23,706 bases of DNA from assembly GCA_963803975.1 (NCBI GenBank), contig CAWDOY010000022.1, forward strand, positions 1 through 23,706, given 5' to 3'. This document shows, one piece after another, positions 1-8,557 of this stretch. Numbering within the stretch: the stretch's first letter is position 1; each line of letters begins with the position of its first letter. The translations under genes and the position numbers were made by a program. Below the pieces are notes generated by a model. That model did not search any database. It was not told where the DNA came from and saw only the letters and a program-made list of their open reading frames with translations. The stretch comes from an uncultured delta proteobacterium (lineage in GTDB: Bacteria > Desulfobacterota > WTBG01 > CAIYCZ01).

Positions 1-163
1 TATTGTTTGATTTTATATAGGCCTGGTTTTAACAAAAGCAATCCTTCAAAAAATGTATGGCAAAACACCTCTCTTTCGTTTTTTATTTTATTTTTATGAT
101 TTGTTTAGAAAAACTGCGGGCTTGATGCAGTCTTGCTACTCTTAATGATTCTGAAACATTTAA

Positions 164-191
164 ATAATAAAAACGATTTGGGGGAAGTCAA
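164..191 (-). promoter_or_regulatory. Candidate sigma-70 promoter reading leftward out of the window
   Basis: Minus strand TTGACT (191-186), 16-nt spacer, TATTAT (169-164), in an AT-rich non-coding stretch. The target gene is not in the window. Confidence 0.35.
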
Positions 192-276
192 GGGAGTGGC
201 ATTAAATTTTTTGCAAATGATGCGAATAAAGCATTAAATCGGTGAGCCAATGTATCGGTGAATAGTGAAGATATTT

Positions 277-635
277 TTATATTCTCCCGAAATCATCCTC
301 GATTCTTTCTATATCGTCCTCGCCAAAATAATCACCTCTTTGTATTTCGATAAAGGACAAATTGCGCTGTTCCAATGATTTTCAACCCTATGCAAAGCCT
401 CTTTGGGAATATCTACAGACCCGCCGCCGGTTAAGGTAATTTTCTTATCATCTACCGTGACCAGCGCTTCACCATCAACAATGTGCCAGTGCTCGGAGCG
501 TTGCTTGTGACGCTGCAGGCTGAGCCGCTTGCCGGGATAGACAACCATGCGCTTGACCTTATGCGTTGCCTCATCACTCAATATCTGATAATAGCCCCAG
601 GGGCGATGGTCAGTAATATTTTTTTTGTGTGGCAT
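277..635 (-). CDS. Stand-alone cupin, mannose-6-phosphate isomerase type II C-terminal-like (frameshifted in this sequence)
   Basis: Motifs RPWGYY, KVKRMVVYPGKRLSLQRHKQRSEHW and HRVEN. The conserved tail LSFIEIQRGDYFGEDDIERIEDDFGRI* is in another frame with its stop at 279-277. Removing single bases at ~377 and ~360 gives ENIGTAQLSFIEIQ. Confidence 0.85.
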
Positions 636-757
636 ATAAGAGCCTGTTAAAGATGGTTAAAACAGTGCGCTATTGGTGTTGACGAAATGATGTATCGGTT
701 CTATCTGTAAAAAGTGTAGGCCTGCTTCTGCTATTTTAATAAAACCCGCAGCTTTTA

Positions 758-955
758 TTACAGCTCCTGCATTCTTCTGCGGGGAATTCTCTTCAGCTTC
801 TTTTCAGTGCCCCCAAATCTGGCAAGTTTCTTACTGTTCTCCCTCTGTATAAGTGCCTCAAGCCCGAGTTTGAGCAGTAACGTCTTGTCCTTTATGCCGG
901 TCAATCGCGCAGCTTTATGTAACAATGTATCCACTATGTTTATCGACGTTCTCAT
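758..955 (-). CDS. vapB: VapB-like antitoxin (DUF2191 type), 65 aa, with no adjacent toxin
   Basis: MRTSINIVDTLLHKAARLTGIKDKTLLLKLGLEALIQRENSKKLARFGGTEKKLKRIPRRR matches the MRTTLNIDD..L..A..LTG..EKT.L...GL.ALI.RES..RLA.LGG.E...IPRRR pattern. Start placed at ATG 955. Confidence 0.8.
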   Translation of the reverse strand: MRTSINIVDTLLHKAARLTGIKDKTLLLKLGLEALIQRENSKKLARFGGTEKKLKRIPRRRMQEL

Positions 956-1043
956 AATGTACCGGCACATACCTCTCGGGTCTGAACGGGACGTCGCTCA
1001 GTATCTGCAGATCAAAGGCGAGTGTCACAGCGTTCTTTTTTGA
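954..1043 (-). pseudogene. Diverged fragment of a 5-formyltetrahydrofolate cyclo-ligase 3' end
   Basis: Ungapped hand alignment to 2125-2214 gives 62/90 nt identity, including an exact 15-mer GTCGCTCAGTATCTG (993-1007 and 2164-2178). Translation SKKNAVTLAFDLQILSDVPFRPERYVPVHY vs SGKKACALAFEIQILSDIPNNPEQDVPVDY (18/30 identical). Confidence 0.85.
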
Positions 1044-1088
1044 TTACTCGATCCGGGGTATTGTGGTCACCACCTTGAGAATATCTTT

Positions 1089-2006
1089 TCAGTTCATACC
1101 TAAGACATGCTGAATTTCCGGCAACGCGCGTTTTACACTTTCCCTGCCTTCCTGAACTGCCTCTTCTGCGCGATAGAACTCCAAAAGGCCGATTTGAGCC
1201 AGTTTGGGCGCAAGCAGTATATCGGGCGGGTCTCCAGCCATTCTGCTGCGGGTTATGCGGTCCTGCATGATATTGATTGAACCGGCTAATGCGTTGAATA
1301 AATCAGGCGGCGCATTCCCTGTTTTTGACCCCGTAAATATTGTTGCAGAATATTTTTTAACTGTACTGGTGAAGATATCTATCAGGTTATCACTCTCCGA
1401 AGCTGCCGGTTTCTGACTTGTCCGTTTTCGCATGATGTCGCCATTCAGGTTCACCGCGATGACAACATCCGCCCCCAGTGCGCGGCACACCGATACCGGG
1501 ACCGGATTAACCAGTCCGCCGTCAACCAGCCACCGACCCTTATTTTGGGTGGGAGGAAACAGCCCTGGCATTGCGATAGAGGCCCAGACCGCTTCTATGA
1601 CCGGCCCGCTGGTAAACCATATTTCTCCCCCGGTGGCTAATTCCGTTGATACTGCTGCATATTTTTTGGGCAGGTTTTCAATAGAAACATTCGCGTCACA
1701 GACATTAGTAACCAGGAATGTCTGCAGCCGGGCAATATCAACAAACCCGTTTAATGACAGGTTGATTTCGAAATAGCGAGCGAGCTCCAGCCGTTTTAAA
1801 GCAAGCACCCACTGCTCTAAACGGTCTAAATTCCCCGCAGCATACGATGCCCCGACCAGCGCGCCGATGGAACAGCCGCATAGTATGTCAGGCTCAATGC
1901 CAGCCTCTGCCAATGCCCGGATAACACCGATATGTGCCCACCCACGGGATGATCCGCTCCCCAGCGCCAGACCAACACGTAATGAAGTCGCATCTTTTCT
2001 TTTCAT
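1089..2006 (-). CDS. rssA: Patatin-like phospholipase (RssA/NTE family)
   Basis: Oxyanion motif GLALGSGSSRGWAHIGV, nucleophile GCSIG (GxSxG), catalytic LVDGG, and C-terminal QDRITRSRMAGDPPD. Confidence 0.9.
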   Translation of the reverse strand: MKRKDATSLRVGLALGSGSSRGWAHIGVIRALAEAGIEPDILCGCSIGALVGASYAAGNLDRLEQWVLALKRLELARYFEINLSLNGFVDIARLQTFLVTNVCDANVSIENLPKKYAAVSTELATGGEIWFTSGPVIEAVWASIAMPGLFPPTQNKGRWLVDGGLVNPVPVSVCRALGADVVIAVNLNGDIMRKRTSQKPAASESDNLIDIFTSTVKKYSATIFTGSKTGNAPPDLFNALAGSINIMQDRITRSRMAGDPPDILLAPKLAQIGLLEFYRAEEAVQEGRESVKRALPEIQHVLGMN

Positions 2007-2088
2007 GGTGCTTCACTCTGTTATTGCTCTCGCAATTGTAATAAACCTGCACACGGTCAGGTTGCAGAATTAAATCCTCATATAATTA

Positions 2089-2682
2089 TTATTTGCAAAT
2101 AATAATCCTTTTTTCAGTCAGGATATAATCTACCGGAACATCCTGCTCCGGATTATTGGGGATGTCGCTCAGTATCTGAATTTCAAAGGCAAGCGCGCAG
2201 GCCTTTTTCCCTGACTCTCTAAGCAGCTGGTCATAAAACCCTCCGCCATAGCCGATTCTGTTTCCGTTTGCGGAGAACGCCGCGCCCGGTGCTATCACCA
2301 GATCAATATCATGGCAGGCTATTGGCCTGATTTCTTCCTGCAACGGCTCAGGTATCCCCCATATTCCGGGCGCAAGATCTCTATCAAAATCTTCCAGGCG
2401 CGACAGAGCAAGGCGCTTGTTCTTCATGTCCGTAACGGGAACAACAACCGTCTTTCCTGATGCGAGCGCTTCCCGGATCATGTCATGGGTCTCCACCTCG
2501 CTTCTGAAGGATACATAGAACATGACTGTTCGAGCTGCGAGAAACTGGGGTAGCTTAAAGAGGGATTTTTTTATAAGGAGGCTGTGTGCTGCCCTCTCTT
2601 GTGGATCGAGGGCATCACGCAGTTGAAGAATAACCTGACGTATGACGGCTTTTTGCCGCCCGATGGATTCATGCATAGCCAT
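2089..2682 (-). CDS. ygfA: 5-formyltetrahydrofolate cyclo-ligase
   Basis: YVSFRSEVET, WGIPEP and DLVIAPGAAFSANGNRIGYGGGFYD signatures, C-terminal DVPVDYILTE. Confidence 0.95.
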   Translation of the reverse strand: MAMHESIGRQKAVIRQVILQLRDALDPQERAAHSLLIKKSLFKLPQFLAARTVMFYVSFRSEVETHDMIREALASGKTVVVPVTDMKNKRLALSRLEDFDRDLAPGIWGIPEPLQEEIRPIACHDIDLVIAPGAAFSANGNRIGYGGGFYDQLLRESGKKACALAFEIQILSDIPNNPEQDVPVDYILTEKRIIICK

Positions 2683-2689
2683 AAAAAAC

Positions 2690-2765
2690 TGTCAATGCGG
2701 ACGAAGAGAGGCACTCTTTCCTTAGATTGCCGCATCACCTGCTTGCGCGCTCTTTTGCAATGACA
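2690..2765. repeat. Degenerate GTCATTGC...GCAATGAC palindromic REP-like element
   Basis: Ends TGTCAATGC (2690-2698) and GCAATGACA (2757-2765) are 8/9 inverted, with an internal AGATTGCCGC. The same 3' end GCAATGACA occurs at 6900-6908. Confidence 0.55.
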
Positions 2766-2809
2766 CCCCCTGTTTCCCCCCTTGACAAGAAGGGGGACGT
2801 AAGAGGGGT
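2765..2809. repeat. C-run/G-run palindromic REP-like element
   Basis: ACCCCCT-GTT-TCCCCCCTT-GACAAG-AAGGGGGA-CGTAAG-AGGGGT forms nested inverted repeats. Confidence 0.6.
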
Positions 2810-2828
2810 TTCTGCGGTAAACGCAATA

Positions 2829-3743
2829 TTATAGCGTGGTGAGCCACTTCTTATACTTCTCAATTTTCCCGTGAGCCGCGGCAAAATAAGTTTCCTGCAG
2901 CTTTTTGGTGATGGGGCCCGGTTTGCCCGCGCCGATGGTCCGGTCATCAACCTCTCGGACCGGTGTTACTTCCGCCGCTGTGCCGGTCAAAAAGCATTCA
3001 TCGGCAATATACAGCTCATCCCGGCTGAAACGCTGCTCCACAACCGGTATGCCGGCGTCGCGGGCAATCTCCATAATAGCGTCCCGGGTGATGCCCCGCA
3101 GGATTGAGGTAGGCGGGGTTGTTTTCAGCACTCCCTTTTCCACAATAAATATATTTTCACCGCTTGCCTCTGACACATACCCTTCTGTGTCCAGAAGTAT
3201 TGCCTCATCGTATCCTGCTGCGATGACTTCACGTTTTGCCAGAATTGAGTTCACATAGTTTCCGCATATTTTTGCCTTGGTCATACCGGCGTTGACATTA
3301 TGCCTGGTGAAGGAGGAAATCTTTGAGCGAATCCCGAGGGCAAGCCCGTCGTCGCCAAGATATGCGCCCCAGGACCAGGCTGCAATCGCAACCCGCACCG
3401 GGTATTGACGGATATAGAGACCCATCTCTCCATCCCCGATAAAGGCAATGGGCCTGATATAGGCTTCGTTCAGCTTATTGACTTTCAGCGTTTCAATGAC
3501 GGCGGAACAGAGTTGTTCCCTGGTAAAGGGAATAGTCATCATGCCGATTACTGCTGATTCAAGCAGGCGGTCTATATGCTCTTTGAGCCTGAACACGGCA
3601 GAGGATCCATCATGGCACTGGTAACACCTGATGCCCTCAAAAACCCCCAGGCCATAGTGCAGGGTGTGGGTAAGAACGTGCACCTGGGCATCATCCCATT
3701 TGACCAGGGTGCCATCCATCCATATTTTTTCTACTTTTTTCAT
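2829..3743 (-). CDS. ilvE: Branched-chain amino acid aminotransferase
   Basis: [23 protein letters not shown]-lysine region [23 protein letters not shown] and [11 protein letters not shown]. Start moved to ATG 3743 ([11 protein letters not shown]), which follows an AAGGAG RBS. Confidence 0.96.
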   Translation of the reverse strand: MKKVEKIWMDGTLVKWDDAQVHVLTHTLHYGLGVFEGIRCYQCHDGSSAVFRLKEHIDRLLESAVIGMMTIPFTREQLCSAVIETLKVNKLNEAYIRPIAFIGDGEMGLYIRQYPVRVAIAAWSWGAYLGDDGLALGIRSKISSFTRHNVNAGMTKAKICGNYVNSILAKREVIAAGYDEAILLDTEGYVSEASGENIFIVEKGVLKTTPPTSILRGITRDAIMEIARDAGIPVVEQRFSRDELYIADECFLTGTAAEVTPVREVDDRTIGAGKPGPITKKLQETYFAAAHGKIEKYKKWLTTL

Positions 3744-3767
3744 TCTCAATACTCTCCTTTTCTGCAA

Positions 3768-3841
3768 CAGAATACAGAACACAGACGGCAGACGTAGTTG
3801 TTTGTATCTTTAGTCTGTTGTCTTTTGTCTGTCTTCTTCTA
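3768..3841. repeat. Inverted pair of degenerate 7-nt tandem arrays
   Basis: CAGAATA CAGAACA CAGACGG CAGACGT (from 3768) faces TCTTTAG TCTGTTG TCTTTTG TCTGTCT TCTTCTA (from 3807). The right arm overlaps the mtnA 3' end. Confidence 0.65.
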
Positions 3842-4868
3842 ATATTTTTTTTATGTTGTCCTTAAAAGACGGCTTTATAATTCCCTTCTCGGTGATGATT
3901 CCTGCAATATAAGCAAACGGCACAACATCGAATGCCGGGTTCCATACAGCGACCCCGTCAGGCGCAATCCTCTGGTTTCCAATGTGGGTTATTTCTTCAG
4001 GCTTTCGCTCTTCAATCGGAATGTCATCTCCCTGCTGCGTGTCCGGGTCAATGGTAGAAGTAGGTGCAGCAACATAAAACGGGATATTATGCTGATGCGC
4101 CAGAATCGCAAGACTGTAGCTGCCGATCTTATTTGCCGAATCGCCGTTTGCTGCGATGCGGTCCGCGCCGATAATGACCAGGTCTGCGCCTTTTTTCAGC
4201 ATGTAATACCCTGCCATGCTGTCGGTTATCAGCACAAACGGAATATTATTTTTCTGCAGCTCCCAGGCTGTCAGACGGCTGCCCTGGAGCAGCGGCCGTG
4301 TCTCGCAGCTTACCGCCAGCACCTTTTTGCCTGCCTCCGCAGCCGCCCGGATAACGCCGAAAGCCGTGCCATAGCCTGCGGTGGCCAGGGAGCCGGTGTT
4401 GCAAATGGTCATGATCGTTGCTTTGTCAGGAACAATCTCCCTGCCGTGCATTCCAATCTTCTGGTTGGCTTCTATATCTTCATGAAAAATCGCCAGTGCC
4501 TCCTGCTCAAGCATCTTTTTCAGATTTTCCACCTGAGCAGTATCAGCGCTCTGTAACTTCTCTGTCACCCGGTGCAAAGCCCACTTCATATTAACAGCAG
4601 TAGGCCTGGTTTCTAAAATCCTGCTGCATAGTTTTTGCAGCTCGTGAAAAAATTCATCACGGGTTTTTATCGTAATACTGCGCGCCTCCAGCGCGACCGC
4701 CAGCGCTGCTACCACACCGAGTGCCGGCGCGCCCCGCACGGCAAGCCGTCTGATGGCATCAGCTACGGTCTCAAGGTCCCGGCATTCAATGTAGACTTCC
4801 TGTCCGGGAAGTTTAGTCTGATCAAGGAGCAGGATGTGGTCTTCTTTCCATGCAATAGGCTGATACAT
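3810..4868 (-). CDS. mtnA: S-methyl-5-thioribose-1-phosphate isomerase
   Basis: LLDQTKLP, VRGAPALG, TRPTAVN, TICNTGSLATAGYGTA, ETRPLLQGSRLTAWEL, GADRIAANGDSANKIG and NPAFDV. Confidence 0.96.
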   Translation of the reverse strand: MYQPIAWKEDHILLLDQTKLPGQEVYIECRDLETVADAIRRLAVRGAPALGVVAALAVALEARSITIKTRDEFFHELQKLCSRILETRPTAVNMKWALHRVTEKLQSADTAQVENLKKMLEQEALAIFHEDIEANQKIGMHGREIVPDKATIMTICNTGSLATAGYGTAFGVIRAAAEAGKKVLAVSCETRPLLQGSRLTAWELQKNNIPFVLITDSMAGYYMLKKGADLVIIGADRIAANGDSANKIGSYSLAILAHQHNIPFYVAAPTSTIDPDTQQGDDIPIEERKPEEITHIGNQRIAPDGVAVWNPAFDVVPFAYIAGIITEKGIIKPSFKDNIKKILEEDRQKTTD

Positions 4869-4871
4869 AAA

Positions 4872-6315
4872 TTATCCTGCGAGCATTTTCTTCAAGAGTT
4901 CATTAACTACCTGCGGGTTGGCCTTGCCTTTTGTTGTTTTCATAACCTGGCCTACCAGAAACCCGAATACTTTTTCCTTACCCTGGCGATACTGCTCAAC
5001 CTGGTCCGCATGGGCATTGAGCACTTCCTGAATAGCTTTTTCCAGCGCTCCCTCGTCCGATACCTGGACAAGCCCCTTTTCCGCGACAATAGGCTGGGGC
5101 ATCCTGCCCGATGCAACCATTTCTTCAAAAACAGTTTTGGCAATTTTCCCGCTGATGGTTCCCTTGTCAACCATCAAAAGCATCTCTGCAAGGTGTGAGG
5201 GAGTAACGGGAAACCTGTGATATATCTCTGGTATCCGGCACATGGCGCAGAATATCGCCCATGATCCAGTTGCTCACGGCTTTTGGCTGCGGCCCGAGCC
5301 TGACACATTCTTCAAAATAATCAGCCAACTGCCTGGTAGCAGTAAGTATGGCAGCATCATATTCCGGTAATGCATAATCCCTGATAAACCGTTCTTTCTT
5401 TTCCCGCGGAAGTTCCGGTAGCGTTGACCTGATTTCATCTATCCATGCATCATCTATTATGAGCGGAACCAGGTCAGGATCCGGGAAGTACCGGTAATCA
5501 TGCGCTTGCTCTTTGCTTCTCATTGATTCAGTAATTCCCTGATTGACATCCCATAGCCTGGTTTCCTGCAGTATTTTCTCCCCGCTTTCAAGCAGCGATG
5601 ACTGCCGCCCTATTTCATACTCCAGTGCCCGCATGACATTGCGGAATGAGTTCATATTCTTGATCTCAACTTTTGTCCCTAAGACCAGGGCCCCTTCCGG
5701 GCGAAGCGAGATATTGGCATCACAGCGAAAACTGCCCTGCTCCATGTTGCCATCACACACTTCCAGATACTGCAGCATTGACCTGAGTATACGCAGGTAT
5801 TCACACGCTTCCTCGGGTGTGTTTAGGTGAGGCTCACTGACGATCTCTATCAGCGGGACTCCGGTGCGATTGAAGTCAACATAGCTGTGGTCAGCAGACA
5901 CACCATCCAGTTCATGAAGCAATTTTCCTGCATCTTCTTCCATGTGGATTCTGTTAAGATCAATCTTTTTCCTGCTCTGCCCATGGTCCATCTCAAGTTC
6001 TATGCAGCCACCCCGTGCTATGGGGAGCTCATATTGAGAAATCTGATATCCCTTGGGAAGATCCGGATAAAAATAATTTTTCCGCGCAAACTGACTATAA
6101 CGGACAATCTGACAGTTGGCGGCAAGTGCTGCCTTGATAGTGAGTTCTACCACCTTTCTATTTAAAACCGGAAGTACTCCCGGCATTCCCAGGCATACAG
6201 GGCAGGTATTGCTATTCGGGTCTTCTCCAAACCTGGTTGAACAGCCACAGAATATTTTACTGTCTGTCAGCAGTTGGGCATGGACTTCAAGTCCGATAAT
6301 GGTTTCGTACTTCAT
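4872..6315 (-). CDS. gatB: Asp-tRNA(Asn)/Glu-tRNA(Gln) amidotransferase subunit B (one frameshift near 5214)
   Basis: [46 protein letters not shown] and [10 protein letters not shown] lie in ORF 5167-6315. The Yqey tail ([17 protein letters not shown]) lies in ORF 4872-5243. Removing one base joins them. Confidence 0.95.
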
Positions 6316-6553
6316 AAGATAAAATTTTTATCGTGTGGTGGTTTTTTGCTCACACAGTGCCTGAAATAAAGAGTTTTTTATAACACAACAACTTGCAAAA
6401 AACAGCAGGAAAAATAAAAAGCTTTTTTTGCTTGTATTTACCGGTTTCTTGTGTTCTATTTAATATATACCCTATACAAAATGAAGCTTAAAAATAACCC
6501 TTCATTTTCTATTAAATCTAATAAATAAGCGGGTTTAAAAAAAGGGAGCATAA

Positions 6554-6751
6554 ATGTTTGGATTAGGAATTCAGGAGTTACTGATTATTCTCGTCATTGC
6601 CCTGGTAATATTTGGCGCAGGCCGGTTGCCGGAAATCGGAAGAGATCTGGGAAAAGCCATCAAGGGGTTTAAGCGTGCGGTAACTGAAAATGATGAGATT
6701 GATGTGACACCAAAACAGGATGAAATTGAAAATAAGAAAAAGGGTGAATAA
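6554..6751 (+). CDS. tatA: Twin-arginine translocase TatA/TatE subunit
   Basis: [42 protein letters not shown] helix, FG hinge and amphipathic helix. GGGAG RBS upstream. Confidence 0.95.
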   Translation: MFGLGIQELLIILVIALVIFGAGRLPEIGRDLGKAIKGFKRAVTENDEIDVTPKQDEIENKKKGE

Positions 6752-6781
6752 CTAAAATTCATCCCGCCATCTATGGACATC

Positions 6782-6824
6782 AAGCCCCTGTCACTCTTTC
6801 TGCAGATTCAGGGGCTTTTTATTT
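6782..6824 (+). terminator. Probable intrinsic terminator of tatA
   Basis: AAGCCCCTG (6782-6790) pairs with CAGGGGCTT (6809-6817) and runs into a T-tract. The loop is long (18 nt). Confidence 0.65.
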
Positions 6825-6880
6825 ACACTATCATGGTTTTATCTTTAAATGAAACATTTTTCAAGCACTTACAAAGGCAG

Positions 6881-6933
6881 GGGTTACTTCGCTTCGTTAG
6901 CAATGACAGTTTTTTGACTTTTTACGATAGCAT
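6881..6933. repeat. 3' half of a GCAATGAC-type REP-like element followed by a GACTTTTTACGA motif
   Basis: GTTACTTCGCTTCGTTAGCAATGACA resembles the GATTGCTTCGCTTCGCTCGCAATGAC end of this repeat type. GACTTTTTACGA is at 6916-6927. No matching left arm was seen. Confidence 0.5.
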
Positions 6934-7068
6934 CGATATTTATTCATAGATATTTTTATATTGCCTGCCGGGCAAATTTACGCTAATTGTAATAAATAAA
7001 AATGCCGTTACTACATGTCAAATAATTAAATATTTTTTATTGTTCAGGGGATATCGAAAGGAGAACTC

Positions 7069-7815
7069 ATGAAGAAATTTGGAATATTGTGTGGAATGAT
7101 AGCTGCGCTGCTTACTGGTTCAATTGCATTTTCCTCAGAACTGAAACCATCAGTGGTTCCGGAGCAGGGAGAGGCGCTTGTCGGTGAAAGGGAACTGGTA
7201 CCCGATCCTTTAGAGAAATTTAATCGCGCCATGTTCACATTTAATGACAAGCTGTATTTCTATGTTTTAAAACCAACAACGCAGGGATATAAATACGTAG
7301 TACCGGAGCCAGGACGGGTGAGTGTTAGAAAATTTTTTACAAACGTTGCGATGCCGGTGAGATTTGCCAACTGCTTGTTCCAGGGCAAACCAAAACAAGC
7401 AGGAGTTGAGCTTTCACGTTTTGTTATTAATACAACAGCCGGCGTAGTCGGTTTTTTTGATCCGGCAAAATCCTTCTGTAAAATGAATCCTTACGACGCA
7501 GACACTGATCAAACACTCGGGCACTATTGCATCGACCCGGGGTTTTACATTGTCTGGCCATTCTTCGGGCCATCCAGCGCGCGCGGAACAGCAGGAATAG
7601 CGGGCGATCTGCTGCTTGACCCGGTCACCTGGGTTTTAAATGATGGGTGGCTTTGGACTTATGCCGGGGTAAGGGCATACCAAGTGGTTAACGAAACTTC
7701 TCTCACGCTCGGCACATACGAGGATATGAAAAAGATGGCTCTGGATCCTTATGTGGCGGTTAAAAACGCCTATATTGATAACCGGCAGAACCGGGTGAAT
7801 AAATCCAGAGAATAG
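7069..7815 (+). CDS. mlaA: MlaA/VacJ family outer-membrane phospholipid transport protein
   Basis: DPLEKFNRAMFTFND, RFVINTTAGVVGFFDPA, DTDQTLG, YIVWPFFGPSSAR and ALDPYVAVKNAY. AAGGAG RBS. Confidence 0.93.
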   Translation: MKKFGILCGMIAALLTGSIAFSSELKPSVVPEQGEALVGERELVPDPLEKFNRAMFTFNDKLYFYVLKPTTQGYKYVVPEPGRVSVRKFFTNVAMPVRFANCLFQGKPKQAGVELSRFVINTTAGVVGFFDPAKSFCKMNPYDADTDQTLGHYCIDPGFYIVWPFFGPSSARGTAGIAGDLLLDPVTWVLNDGWLWTYAGVRAYQVVNETSLTLGTYEDMKKMALDPYVAVKNAYIDNRQNRVNKSRE

Positions 7816-7843
7816 ATGGAAATAGAAATCAACTGTTAGCCAG

Positions 7844-8500
7844 TTATGAAGCAGGTGTCGGTGCCGGCACCTGCTTTTCTTTTAATTTCTTCAGCAGCTC
7901 CTGGTAAGAAGAGCGCGCCAGGATTTCATTAAACTGGGTACGATAATTTTTAACTAAGCTGACACCCTCGACTGAGATGTCATACACAAACCAGCGGCCA
8001 TTCTTATTGAGCATCCAGTAGTTAACAGCAACCTCTGTATCCTGTCTGGTGAGAATTTTTGTCTCAACTAATGCATACTGGTCTTCAACGGCTTCTTTGC
8101 TGTACAGAATTTTTTCTCCCGCATAGCCCTCAATTTTATCCATATACGTATTTTCAAGAAGAACAGTAAATAATTTTACAAATTCCTTTTGCTCCTCTGG
8201 TTTGCGATCTTTCCAGTATATCCCCAACGATCTTTTTGCCATTTCATTCCAATCAAATACTTCATTGCTCAGGTTCATGAGTGTTTCCCGCCTCTTTGCC
8301 TTCATGGCAGGTGCTTTAAGAGTTTTATCGTTGAGGACATTCAGCACTTTGTCTATTGAGCCTTTTAGCTGATCGGTTGCCAGACCAGCACCTGCATCAC
8401 CGGCTATAAACAACAGGACTATCCCTAAAACCATGATTTTCAATACGCCCAGTACGTGTCTTAACGGTCTCATATCGATTGTCTCTGCCTGCCATTTCAT
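7844..8500 (-). CDS. mlaC: MlaC/Ttg2D periplasmic phospholipid-binding protein
   Basis: Signal peptide, FDWNEMAKRSLGIYW and WFVYDISVEGVSLVKNYRTQF. Lies downstream of mlaD. The start codon is uncertain. Confidence 0.93.
   Translation of the reverse strand: MKWQAETIDMRPLRHVLGVLKIMVLGIVLLFIAGDAGAGLATDQLKGSIDKVLNVLNDKTLKAPAMKAKRRETLMNLSNEVFDWNEMAKRSLGIYWKDRKPEEQKEFVKLFTVLLENTYMDKIEGYAGEKILYSKEAVEDQYALVETKILTRQDTEVAVNYWMLNKNGRWFVYDISVEGVSLVKNYRTQFNEILARSSYQELLKKLKEKQVPAPTPAS
7849..7883 (+). terminator. Probable intrinsic terminator for mlaA, inside the antisense mlaC 3' end
   Basis: Stem AAGCAGGTGTCG / CGGCACCTGCTT (12 bp with one G-U), loop GTGC, followed by TTCTTTT. Confidence 0.6.
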
Positions 8501-8557
8501 TATACGCTCTCCCGCTTGTGTATCGTTTGAAATTGTAATCGCGCCATAAGCATCAGG

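Noticed and set aside
197..214. Sigma-54 promoter TGGCA...TTGC
   Set aside because: GG and GC are 13 nt apart, not the required 10.
954..1043. ygfA 3' duplicate as a diversity-generating retroelement template/variable repeat pair
   Set aside because: Mismatches involve all four bases and are not adenine-specific, and there is no reverse transcriptase in the window.
2683..2828. 6S RNA upstream of ygfA
   Set aside because: The gap is only 146 nt and is explained by two short palindromic repeats. No long rod with a central bubble was seen.
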